Of a DNA stretch of 64,000 nt, positions 1 through 7,714 are shown one piece after another; position 1 is the stretch's first letter, and each line of letters begins with the position of its first letter. The notes beneath the pieces are model-generated. The model had not been told where the DNA came from. It did not search any database and saw only the letters and a list, made by a program, of their open reading frames with translations. The stretch spans positions 271,553 through 335,552 of the IMG/VR virus record IMGVR_UViG_3300031957_002643; one strand, 5' to 3'. The translations under genes and the position numbers were made by a program.

Positions 1-2
1 TC

Positions 3-827
3 GGTTCTGCTGCTGTTGGCACCGATGAGATTGAAGATTATAAGGTTACGCCTGCTAAGTTAGAAAAAGGCACGCAAGGTGATATTCTGGTCGCTACTGG
101 TGGTGATGGAACATTTACTAGATTGAATGCGGGTGATGATGGTGCCGTTCTTTCTATGCAATCTGGTGTTCCGGCTTGGACAGGTAATGTTCTTCCTTCT
201 GGTGTGATTATGGACTGGTGTGGACAATCCGCTCCTGATGGATGGGTAATGGCGAATGGTAGGGCTATTGGTAATGCATCGTCTGGTGCCTCTGGTAGAG
301 CAAATGATGATACTGAAGCCTTGTTCTTATTCTTGTGGGCAAACTTTGCCGATGCTCAACTTGCCGTTTCTGGTGGACGTGGTGCATCGGCTCAAGCAGA
401 CTTTGATGCGAATAAAACTATTGCATTGCCTGATCTGAGAGGCCGTATGACGGTTGGTAGAGACAGCATGGGTTCGAGTAGTGCTGGACGAATTACAACG
501 GCTACAGCGACCGCTGGTGGCAATATAATGGGTGCTACAGGTGGTGTGGAGCGTGTGACCTTGACGGAAGCACAGATGCCGACGCACAAACACTTTAGTG
601 CAGCGGATAATGGTTTGGAGACGGAATTGGGTGGTTCATACTCGTATGTTTCTGATACGGTACCTATCCACATTCGTGGTAGGGACGTGAGTGGATTGGA
701 TTACTACTTTTGGGGATATAACGCTATATTGGCTCCCACGGTCGGGCCAACCAGTGAAACCGGTGGTTCGCAACCGCATAGTAATATGGCACCATTCTTT
801 GTATTGAGTAAGATTATCAAGCTATGA
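3..827 (+). CDS. Tail fibre / tail collar domain protein (5'-partial)
   Basis: Frame is open from position 3. Contains collar motifs PSGVIMDWCG, LPDLRGRMTVG and HSNMAPFFVLSKIIKL. Confidence 0.85.
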   Translation, partial: GSAAVGTDEIEDYKVTPAKLEKGTQGDILVATGGDGTFTRLNAGDDGAVLSMQSGVPAWTGNVLPSGVIMDWCGQSAPDGWVMANGRAIGNASSGASGRANDDTEALFLFLWANFADAQLAVSGGRGASAQADFDANKTIALPDLRGRMTVGRDSMGSSSAGRITTATATAGGNIMGATGGVERVTLTEAQMPTHKHFSAADNGLETELGGSYSYVSDTVPIHIRGRDVSGLDYYFWGYNAILAPTVGPTSETGGSQPHSNMAPFFVLSKIIKL

Positions 828-1672
828 CATTTCTGATTGGATTATTTGAAAATGATTTCGATGTTAGTAAATCGTATACTCCGTCACGATCCAAGTTCTG
901 GTATAATCCGAAACTGAACGATGTAATTTTTTTCTCTAATCAAAAACATCATACAGAAGTTGCCATTGACCAATTTGATTTGGAGATGGAATTGAATGCT
1001 ATTGAAGGTGATGCTGATGATGATATCATCAATGAGATGATCGATAATGGTTGGGTCAGAGGACATTTCATAGAGAATGATCATATTGAAACCCATTTGA
1101 ACCTGAACGGTAAACTTCGTGATGTTAGAAGAACACTAAAATGGGCGCTTTCTACTTTTGGTGAATTTGAATATCTGGTTATGGATGTCACAGACGATCC
1201 CTCTGTACCGACATATATCACCAGTGACCAATTTGATTTGTTTGTTCGGAAAGGTATCAGAAAGCGTTTAGGTGAAAGTCAAGATTATGGTGAAATTTAC
1301 AAGTCGTGGTACAATACCGCAACTGGTGAGTATTTCGTTATTGATAACGCTTTTGACTATCATCATTCTCAATGGATGATCGATCATGGATATTACGAGG
1401 GTAATATTGATGTACCATTGGATAGTGATGTGGTCGATAGAGCAGTTCTTGAAGGATGGGTTCGGATCAGACTAGACCATAGTCATATGCTCGATGCCTA
1501 CAAATTGAACATTCATGCTTTCAATTACGAGAATGCCAAATTAGGATACAGGGCGTTGAAGAAACATGCTCGTGGTGTCAAAATCAGTGGCGTGAATATA
1601 GAAACTGCACAGCACTATGAGTCATTCAATTACGAAGCTGACTTCATCAGATTTATTAATCGCGTGACGTGA
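824..1672 (+). CDS. Hypothetical protein with two copies of a WYN..HH..GWVR domain
   Basis: 282-aa ORF overlapping the upstream stop (ATGA); internal repeat visible; N-terminal LFE motif. Confidence 0.8.
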   Translation: MTFLIGLFENDFDVSKSYTPSRSKFWYNPKLNDVIFFSNQKHHTEVAIDQFDLEMELNAIEGDADDDIINEMIDNGWVRGHFIENDHIETHLNLNGKLRDVRRTLKWALSTFGEFEYLVMDVTDDPSVPTYITSDQFDLFVRKGIRKRLGESQDYGEIYKSWYNTATGEYFVIDNAFDYHHSQWMIDHGYYEGNIDVPLDSDVVDRAVLEGWVRIRLDHSHMLDAYKLNIHAFNYENAKLGYRALKKHARGVKISGVNIETAQHYESFNYEADFIRFINRVT

Positions 1673-2180
1673 CCATGTGAGTATCATTTAGTCTTCCATA
1701 TTTGGCGAAGGCTTCTAATGATCTATCATGATCGTGCAATAGATACACATCAGCATTATTATCATCGCCACTATATCTGACTGCAATGAAGAGAGATTGG
1801 ATATTAGGCTTTTTGTTGAGAAGCCATTTTACGCATCGTTTGATCTTTTTGATATCAGTGCCTTCAATATTGGAATTGGTTTCCTGTGCTCTGATATCAA
1901 TCAGTAGACGAACCCATCCTTCTTTCATTGCGGCATACAGGGCTGGACCAAAATAACTCAATCCTTCATCTTCAACTGGTTCGTCGATCCCAAAGAAATT
2001 TGGATTATCGATGACCAATCTAGAATGGCTTCCATTGGAAAATGATTTCACCATGGCACAGGTGTTTGATTCCAGATTGATCCAGATTTGGGAATTAGCT
2101 CGTGACGTTCCCGGCATGATGTCATCACAGGATGTTGTTACTAGGTTGGAATTATCGTCTTCAAAAAGGGCCATGAGCAT
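1656..2180 (-). CDS. Hypothetical protein, paralog of the 824-1672 domain
   Basis: WIN..HS..GWVR..KW motif. Start MLMALFE chosen just downstream of an ATAAATA late-promoter motif (2186-2192). Confidence 0.75.
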   Translation of the reverse strand: MLMALFEDDNSNLVTTSCDDIMPGTSRANSQIWINLESNTCAMVKSFSNGSHSRLVIDNPNFFGIDEPVEDEGLSYFGPALYAAMKEGWVRLLIDIRAQETNSNIEGTDIKKIKRCVKWLLNKKPNIQSLFIAVRYSGDDNNADVYLLHDHDRSLEAFAKYGRLNDTHMVTSRD

Positions 2181-2214
2181 CCTGATATTTATCATTCCAT
2201 GGTACTTAGAGATC

Positions 2215-2500
2215 GTGAAAAATGTCATATAGATAGAACTGAAGCCTTTAAGTGATGAAGAGTACTGGCTTCCCGCATATGGGTAAGGATGAGGTGGCGA
2301 CATCCGGTGTGACATATGTTAACCTTGTGAGCGTTTGTAGAACACACACTGCACCAAGTTGGACAGCCATCCAGCGGCATCAATGGTAGAGAGGAATGTA
2401 TCATTGGTGTAATGCAATGTTTATTATAGTATGGTGACTTAATACCACGGTGTGCGCATCTAGAGTTTTGTCGGCTCTACATTCCTCCACCGTGGTATTT
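2215..2500 (+). ncRNA. Candidate structured intergenic RNA
   Basis: No credible ORF. Stems GAAGCC/GGCTTC (2241/2267), GGATG/CATCC (2287/2301), CATCAATG/CATTGGTG (2378/2402) and 12-bp AATACCACGGTG/CACCGTGGTATT (2441/2488). Confidence 0.35.
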
Positions 2501-2552
2501 TTATTTGACACATGGTTGATATATGTGATAAATAGATTACTCTAATGGTTAT

Positions 2553-2637
2553 GGGGATGTGGCGGAACTGGTAGACGCGACGGATTCAAAATCCGTTTCC
2601 TTATGGAGTGGGGGTTCGAGTCCCTCCATCCCTACCA
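2553..2637 (+). tRNA. trnL: tRNA-Leu (CAA)
   Basis: GGGGATG/CATCCCT acceptor, ACGGA-TTCAAAA-TCCGT anticodon arm, long variable arm, GGTTCGAGTCC, encoded CCA. Confidence 0.95.
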
Positions 2638-2655
2638 AAACCATAGAGGTTCAAT

Positions 2656-2856
2656 ATGAATAATCTTGTACATTGTTATCGGTGTTCGGGAACGTATAAT
2701 TCGAATTTACAATACACTCGTGGATTTGTGACAAAGAGTCATGATACTACCGGTGATGACAATTTTGTTCATACATCAAGTGTGTCAAGCGGCGATTGTC
2801 CCTTTTGTAATAAACCGCCATTATTGGTACCCAAGCAACAATCGTCTGCGATGTAG
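2656..2856 (+). CDS. Small Zn-ribbon-like hypothetical protein
   Basis: CxxC...CxxC (CYRC, CPFC); GAGG SD upstream. Confidence 0.55.
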   Translation: MNNLVHCYRCSGTYNSNLQYTRGFVTKSHDTTGDDNFVHTSSVSSGDCPFCNKPPLLVPKQQSSAM

Positions 2857-2858
2857 TC

Positions 2859-3464
2859 ATGCCTAATAAGAACCCACCGTTTGATAAATCCGTTCTCACC
2901 GACTGTGAATGTCCGGCATCCCTAACACATGACATCCGTAGATATTCATACATAGAACGTGAAGCCCGTCGCAGAAAGCAAGTTGCTGAAGAAGCAAAAC
3001 GGGATATGCGCCAAATCAAAACGGATCGTATCCGTAATGGTGACGATATCATGGTGTCTGAACATGCTGTGCTTAGATATCTTGAAAGAGCCAAGGGCAT
3101 AGATGTTGATGCAATCAGAAAGCATATAATCGGTCTATACCTTGAAGCTGAAGAAGAATATCCGAATGAGTTCGTTACGGATGATTGTGTTCTTCTGCGA
3201 TCCCAAGACAATGAGAACGTGATAACCACGGTTATCACTAAAGAGATGTTCGATGCGGCTGAGCGTCAAATTTCCAGAGATGGTTGGAAACGTGCTAAAG
3301 TAACAAAGCTCAAAGGTCACATGTTTAAAATGTGTGAAACCGACGAAACTATGCTGGAATGCAATCATTGTCATATGATGATGCCGTACACATTTGCGCG
3401 TAAAGAGGTGTTGGATTATCTCAATGAACACGCTCCGGGTAGATGCGTTGATGAACCGATGTAG
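2859..3464 (+). CDS. Hypothetical protein
   Basis: 201-aa ORF with VSEHAVLRYLER motif, in a tightly packed operon. Confidence 0.75.
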   Translation: MPNKNPPFDKSVLTDCECPASLTHDIRRYSYIEREARRRKQVAEEAKRDMRQIKTDRIRNGDDIMVSEHAVLRYLERAKGIDVDAIRKHIIGLYLEAEEEYPNEFVTDDCVLLRSQDNENVITTVITKEMFDAAERQISRDGWKRAKVTKLKGHMFKMCETDETMLECNHCHMMMPYTFARKEVLDYLNEHAPGRCVDEPM

Positions 3465-3475
3465 GAGAACGTCTT

Positions 3476-3805
3476 ATGTATCAACCAGATGGATGGAAAT
3501 TCGTAAAAATAATTTGGCCAACAGGACTTGAAGATATCAGACTTGCTGGTGGATGGTCTGGTGGTTATACCACGGGAGATTCATGGAAGCTCAATTCTGG
3601 TGTGAACCGAATTGAGAAAGGCGATGGATATTATGATGTTGTTGGTGATTCCGGTTCGGTTTATCGGATTAATGAGCACGGTGAAGATCGATCCTTGGCG
3701 CTGACCATGGCTTTTTCTTATCTGGACCAACAATTAGAGAATGGAACTATTGTTTCTTGGGAGAGACTTGATAGTTCTGAGATATTGAATAAAGAATTTG
3801 ACTAA
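3476..3805 (+). CDS. Conserved large-phage hypothetical protein
   Basis: GWSGGYTTGDSWKLNSG motif recalled from large myoviruses; AGGAG SD. Confidence 0.8.
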   Translation: MYQPDGWKFVKIIWPTGLEDIRLAGGWSGGYTTGDSWKLNSGVNRIEKGDGYYDVVGDSGSVYRINEHGEDRSLALTMAFSYLDQQLENGTIVSWERLDSSEILNKEFD

Positions 3806-3839
3806 GGTTTGATTTTGTAATATAAGTATTAGTGAACTT

Positions 3840-3930
3840 GGATAGGTGGCTGAGTGGCTTAAGGCGCTCCCCTGCTAAGGGAGTGGGCACATTGTGTGTC
3901 CCGTGGGTTCAAATCCCACCCTATCCGCCA
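3840..3930 (+). tRNA. trnS: tRNA-Ser (GCT)
   Basis: GGATAGG/CCTATCC acceptor, CTCCC-CTGCTAA-GGGAG, long variable arm, encoded CCA. Confidence 0.95.
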
Positions 3931-3958
3931 ATATCACTCGTGACCAGAAGGAAAGAAA

Positions 3959-4123
3959 ATGGTTACTGTTAATTCAATCTCGTGGACAGGTGATGCTGAT
4001 GTTCATGTCCCCGTGTCGAATCAAATCCATGCCGGTCTAGAAATTGCAACGATTGCGGTTCTGTCGGTTGCAGTCGCCGCAGTGGTCTTGAACCTCGACA
4101 AGATCGTTTCCTATTTCGTATAA
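3959..4123 (+). CDS. Small membrane protein (54 aa)
   Basis: Hand-translated MVTVNSIS...IATIAVLSVAVAAVVLNLDKIVSYFV; GAAGGA SD; below the ORF-track cutoff. Confidence 0.55.
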   Translation: MVTVNSISWTGDADVHVPVSNQIHAGLEIATIAVLSVAVAAVVLNLDKIVSYFV

Positions 4124-4140
4124 TTTGATTGGACCGCCAA

Positions 4141-4308
4141 ATGGTCAAGAAACAGGTTGATGATTCTGATCGGTATATCGAAATTTCGTGTCCTTGTTGT
4201 ACGAAGTGTCGATATGATCGAATGAGAAATTGCTGTTTGTTTGGCGGTCCATTCAAAGGATATGCCAATGTCAAGGATTCGAAGACTGGACAAGATAAAG
4301 AGAATTGA
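4141..4308 (+). CDS. Small Cys-rich protein (55 aa)
   Basis: Hand-translated MVKKQVDD...SCPCCTKC...NCCLFGGPFKGY; fills the gap between genes. Confidence 0.45.
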   Translation: MVKKQVDDSDRYIEISCPCCTKCRYDRMRNCCLFGGPFKGYANVKDSKTGQDKEN

Positions 4309-4603
4309 TCTCTTTATCAATAATTTCGGACTAAAACCAGAACAAAAGTTACCCTTCATCCGTCCATGGTTGGGAAGAGGGTATCGGTTATATGTATTTG
4401 TTGATTATAGATATATTCAGAAGTGTCCAGAACGCATTAATGTAATGGCGGACTATGCTGCCATTTATAAAGGCCTCCATGAAAAGGCCTTTAAAGATAG
4501 ATCAGGCAAGAAGATACCATGTTTGGTTAGTGATCCATATGAGAGATCAATGGTCAGAGGGTGCATGATCGCACTACCTGATCAGTTTGAATTCAAGCGT
4601 TAA
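4262..4603 (+). CDS. Hypothetical protein
   Basis: ORF of about 113 aa converging on pth2. Confidence 0.55.
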   Translation: MPMSRIRRLDKIKRIDLFINNFGLKPEQKLPFIRPWLGRGYRLYVFVDYRYIQKCPERINVMADYAAIYKGLHEKAFKDRSGKKIPCLVSDPYERSMVRGCMIALPDQFEFKR

Positions 4604-4604
4604 C

Positions 4605-4976
4605 TTAGATAAGCATTTTCAGGTTGCTTAGTGTTTCTTCACGGTCTGCCGGATCAATCGGACCAATTCCCAGACAGGTCACAGTCGGTTCATTGAATAC
4701 AGTACGACCAGCATCTTTTACCAAAGATACACCACATTTCTTTTTGTAAAGATCAAATAACTCGAACAATTCTTTTGTGGTTTCAACTGCGAGTGTGATT
4801 TTCACTGCGGACTGGCTGTCCTTATATTGGGTTGCAAGTTCCGGTGTTCGTTCCAAAGCATCCCAATAAGCATGTAGGTAGGCATGCCCGGCTTGTGCGG
4901 CCAGTTTACCTCTGTTGCCGTTCATGGCCTTCAGTGCTTCTTTACTGACGACACAATAGATTTTCAATTCACTCAT
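4605..4976 (-). CDS. pth2: Peptidyl-tRNA hydrolase type 2 (Pth2)
   Basis: GKLAAQAGHA, KITL, VKDAGRT and TCLGIGP are PTH2 family motifs; GAGGAG SD before MSELK. Confidence 0.9.
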   Translation of the reverse strand: MSELKIYCVVSKEALKAMNGNRGKLAAQAGHAYLHAYWDALERTPELATQYKDSQSAVKITLAVETTKELFELFDLYKKKCGVSLVKDAGRTVFNEPTVTCLGIGPIDPADREETLSNLKMLI

Positions 4977-4994
4977 TTTGGTCTCCTCATATGA

Positions 4995-5018
4995 GAATGG
5001 GGACCGAAGTCCCCATTC
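4995..5018 (-). other. 10-bp cUUCGg hairpin between rsr and pth2
   Basis: GAATGGGGAC-TTCG-GTCCCCATTC on the minus strand; no U-tract, so possibly a stabiliser or processing site. Confidence 0.6.
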
Positions 5019-5026
5019 CAATCAGC

Positions 5027-6643
5027 TTAGCGAACAAAGTCCGCCATAACGTTTGGTGCATTGGAATCAAATCCAACAACGTCGAGCATGCCCGGATCAT
5101 CAGGATTTGCAATCGTGAAGCCCGTTGAGGTCATGCCAACAACGATGAGCTTCGCATCGATGCCCATCTTGCGACGGTAATCACGAAGCGCTTCGTGTGG
5201 ATGGATATTACCTGCCCAAGTTTCATTATCCGTGTAGATAACGAAAGCATCAGCTTCGATCTTGTTTTCCATTGCGTAAAGCATTGGAGCAGCACAATCA
5301 GTTCCACCGAATGGAAGATTGCTGATCTTACGGATAACACCATCAAGTGTTGATGCACGACCAAAGTCAAGCGGAGTTACCGCATTAGAGCCACGGTAAG
5401 ACGAATAACGCGAACCACTGGTAAAACCGACAGTGTGTGTAACTGGTTCGGTCTTCATAGTGATAAGTGCCATTGCCGCAGATGCGTCACGTGGCGTGAT
5501 GTTTGAATTCATGATGTTCGAAAACGTCATAGAACCTGAAACATCAAGCGCAAGAAGATGACGCTTTCCAGTCGGAACAACATTCTTGAAAGAAAGCTTG
5601 AATGCATCTTCAAGTGCAGACACAATGTTTCCATTGACCTTCCACGTGTTGCTTCCACGGAAACCACGACCAGACTTATACGTTGTGAGTGCAAGAAGCA
5701 CCGCAAACGGATGAATCATCGAATCGTGAAGCGTCTTCTGATCCGTGAGCCGACGAACTGCCTCCTGTTCAAACTTGGACATCGGCTTGAAAAGATTAAT
5801 CTTTTCAGAAGACATGTTGCCAAGATTTTTGATCATAGCAGTCATCGGCATCTTTTCGAAAAGTGCTTCCCATACCTTTGGATCATTAAGAGCCTCGGTC
5901 GGAAGTGCTTCACGTGGAAGATTTGCTTCACGGATAAGGCCCGGAAGTTCCTTCACAGATGCAGTCTTTGCTTCTTCGTATGCCTTGATGATTGGCGGAA
6001 GCGTTTCGGTATCAACCGGGCGACCACAAATCCAATCAAAGATCACGCGACGTTCTGCTTCTGGCGTCTTTGGATGAGAAAGACGAAGAAGGTCACGGTG
6101 CGTCCAACCATCACGTTGACGATACTTGACCGCTTGGTAAGCGACCTTGTTTGCATCAACTTCGGTATACCAGTTCGCAACTGCACGCTTAAGCGCACGT
6201 CCCCAACCACGGAACTGTTCGACAAATTCCGCGTAATGGAAAAGATGCGTACCAATGCGTGCAACCTTTGGAAGTGCCGCGAGCGCATATGCACGAGTCT
6301 TGTCATCTTGTGCAGCCGAAGCCATAGCAAGAGCGAAAAGAGCAGCATCATTACGGTATGCACGACCGTTCGTGGACACGTCAACAATCATATCGACAGC
6401 ACGAATACCGTCAGAATCAATTGCCTTCTGTACTGCCGAAGCGTTAGCTACGGTAAGTTCACGAGACGATGCGTAGTAGGTTGGTGCATCAGAACCGAGC
6501 ACAAGGAAGCGCTCAAGGCGACCGAACTCATCAAGTGTGAATGAGAAACCGCCAGCATTGTTCTTGGATTGCTTTGGGGAAGCCGCTTCATTTTGCGGCG
6601 TAACGCGATTGCGCGTTCCAACATTACGGTAAGCTTTAGACAT
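5027..6643 (-). CDS. rsr: Ro60 / Rsr TROVE-domain RNA-binding protein
   Basis: NNAGGF, RLERFLVLGS..TYY, KYRQRDGWTHRDLLRL and MPMTAMIKNLG, plus vWA motifs LALDVSGSM, GGTDCAAPM and IYTDNETW. Confidence 0.95.
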   Translation of the reverse strand: MSKAYRNVGTRNRVTPQNEAASPKQSKNNAGGFSFTLDEFGRLERFLVLGSDAPTYYASSRELTVANASAVQKAIDSDGIRAVDMIVDVSTNGRAYRNDAALFALAMASAAQDDKTRAYALAALPKVARIGTHLFHYAEFVEQFRGWGRALKRAVANWYTEVDANKVAYQAVKYRQRDGWTHRDLLRLSHPKTPEAERRVIFDWICGRPVDTETLPPIIKAYEEAKTASVKELPGLIREANLPREALPTEALNDPKVWEALFEKMPMTAMIKNLGNMSSEKINLFKPMSKFEQEAVRRLTDQKTLHDSMIHPFAVLLALTTYKSGRGFRGSNTWKVNGNIVSALEDAFKLSFKNVVPTGKRHLLALDVSGSMTFSNIMNSNITPRDASAAMALITMKTEPVTHTVGFTSGSRYSSYRGSNAVTPLDFGRASTLDGVIRKISNLPFGGTDCAAPMLYAMENKIEADAFVIYTDNETWAGNIHPHEALRDYRRKMGIDAKLIVVGMTSTGFTIANPDDPGMLDVVGFDSNAPNVMADFVR

Positions 6644-6699
6644 TTTCCTTCTCCTTTACGTCTTTTGTGAACTAAGGATTAGGACGAGTCAAGAGGGTT

Positions 6700-6765
6700 G
6701 AATGAACATGTTAGTTGCGGTGGGTGTTTCATCGAAAAAGATAACCCATTGCATCCGGCTCATTC
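6700..6765 (-). ncRNA. Short Y-RNA-like element (copy A)
   Basis: 5' GAAUGAGCCGGAUGCAAUGGGUUAUC pairs with 3' GUUCAUUC; sits in the rsr leader. Confidence 0.75.
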
Positions 6766-6775
6766 AAATTTCATA

Positions 6776-6945
6776 CAGTTGTACCTTAGAAGGATGGACG
6801 TGTTTTTGAAAAACGACGTTTAGACGCTCTAACCGTTGAGCTACCGGCCCATAAATGGTGGGCCAGACAGGATTCGAACCTGTAACCTTCCCTTTGTAAG
6901 AGGATAACCGTCTCTCAGCCGGTCCATCCTTCTAAGATACAACTG
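6776..6945 (-). ncRNA. YrlA-like Y RNA with circularly permuted tRNA module
   Basis: 24-bp terminal stem, GGUUAUC motif, then T arm (CAGGUUCGAAUCCUG), loop-closed acceptor GGCCCA-CCAUUUA-UGGGCC and D arm (UAGCUCAACGGUUAGAGC). Confidence 0.88.
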
Positions 6946-7079
6946 GACGAATGTGTTTGCGACTAGGGGGTGTTGAGACCAATGCTTCTACCAATTCAGC
7001 CACACCCAACAATGTGTTGAGTGACAGGATTCGAACCTGCACTTCTCGGTTTTGATAACCCTATGTCTCCGACTCGTCC
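6945..7079 (-). ncRNA. Second YrlA-like Y RNA with circularly permuted tRNA module
   Basis: GGACGAGU/AUUCGUCC terminal stem, GGGUUAUC, T arm GCAGGUUCGAAUCCUGU, closed acceptor CACUCAAC..GUUGGGUG and D arm UGGCUGAAUUGGUAGAAGC. Confidence 0.85.
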
Positions 7080-7105
7080 GAAATCTTTTGTTCCTCCCAT
7101 TGATT

Positions 7106-7172
7106 GAATGAACATGTTAGTTGTGATGGATGTTCATCATTACCAAGATAACCCACCGCATCCGGCTCATTC
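7106..7172 (-). ncRNA. Short Y-RNA-like element (copy B)
   Basis: Near-duplicate of 6700-6765 (identical 18-nt and 15-nt ends); 5' GAAUGAGCCGGAUGCGGUGGGUUAUC. Confidence 0.75.
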
Positions 7173-7188
7173 GTTGTTCCGTGATATA

Positions 7189-7214
7189 CTTATAGAGGAT
7201 AATAGGGGTGTCAA
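7189..7214 (-). promoter_or_regulatory. Putative promoter for the Y RNA-rsr-pth2 operon
   Basis: TTGACA and TATAAG match this phage's motif, but the spacer is an atypical 14 nt. Confidence 0.4.
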
Positions 7215-7249
7215 CCGGTTTTTTGTAAAAAATCGAAAATTTTTTGTAA

Positions 7250-7278
7250 TTGACAGGAATTCCTCTGTGTCATATAAG
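7250..7278 (+). promoter_or_regulatory. Sigma70-type promoter
   Basis: TTGACA-N17-TATAAG. Confidence 0.8.
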
Positions 7279-7296
7279 TATTAGCACACATCTTGA

Positions 7297-7373
7297 AGCG
7301 GGGTGGAGCAGTCCGGTAGCTCGTCAGACTCATAATCTGAAGGTCGTAGGTTCAAATCCTGCCCCCGCACCCA
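7297..7373 (+). tRNA. trnM: tRNA-Met (CAT), initiator-like body
   Basis: Body closely matches tRNA-fMet, with a 1:72 mismatch; anticodon arm TCAGA-CTCATAA-TCTGA; encoded CCA. Confidence 0.9.
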
Positions 7374-7387
7374 TTATAGGAATGATC

Positions 7388-7588
7388 ATGTCCAAGCATT
7401 CGAATGAACCCGAAGAAATTACGAATGATCGGAAATCAATCCATATCACGATTCCATCAAAGGGATGGAAGACAATTAGTGCTTGTGCAATGATTGTCGC
7501 AGCCATTTCATTCGCAGTTGCGGGCGGTGATCAAAGTTATCTGGCTGGATGGTGTATTCTTGGAGCATTCGTGGCATTGTGGGATTAA
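7388..7588 (+). CDS. Small membrane protein
   Basis: ATG after AGGA; two hydrophobic segments. Confidence 0.55.
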   Translation: MSKHSNEPEEITNDRKSIHITIPSKGWKTISACAMIVAAISFAVAGGDQSYLAGWCILGAFVALWD

Positions 7589-7704
7589 TCGAGTTTCTAA
7601 TTATTGGTGCTGTTCTGAGTGCGTTGATTGTACCGGCAGTTCCAATTCTTTTTAGAAAATTCATCGACGAACCGCTTATGAAAATGCTTCGGAATATATT
7701 TTAA
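7579..7704 (+). CDS. Small membrane protein (41 aa)
   Basis: Hand-translated GTG start, MGLIEFLIIGAVLSALIVPAVP...; fills the gap. Confidence 0.35.
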   Translation: MGLIEFLIIGAVLSALIVPAVPILFRKFIDEPLMKMLRNIF

Positions 7705-7714
7705 CGGGGTTGTA

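Noticed and set aside
6700-7172. CRISPR array or ordinary tRNA genes in the rsr leader
   Set aside because: Only two long repeats and no regular spacers or cas genes. The tRNA arms are in permuted order, so these are not functional tRNA genes.
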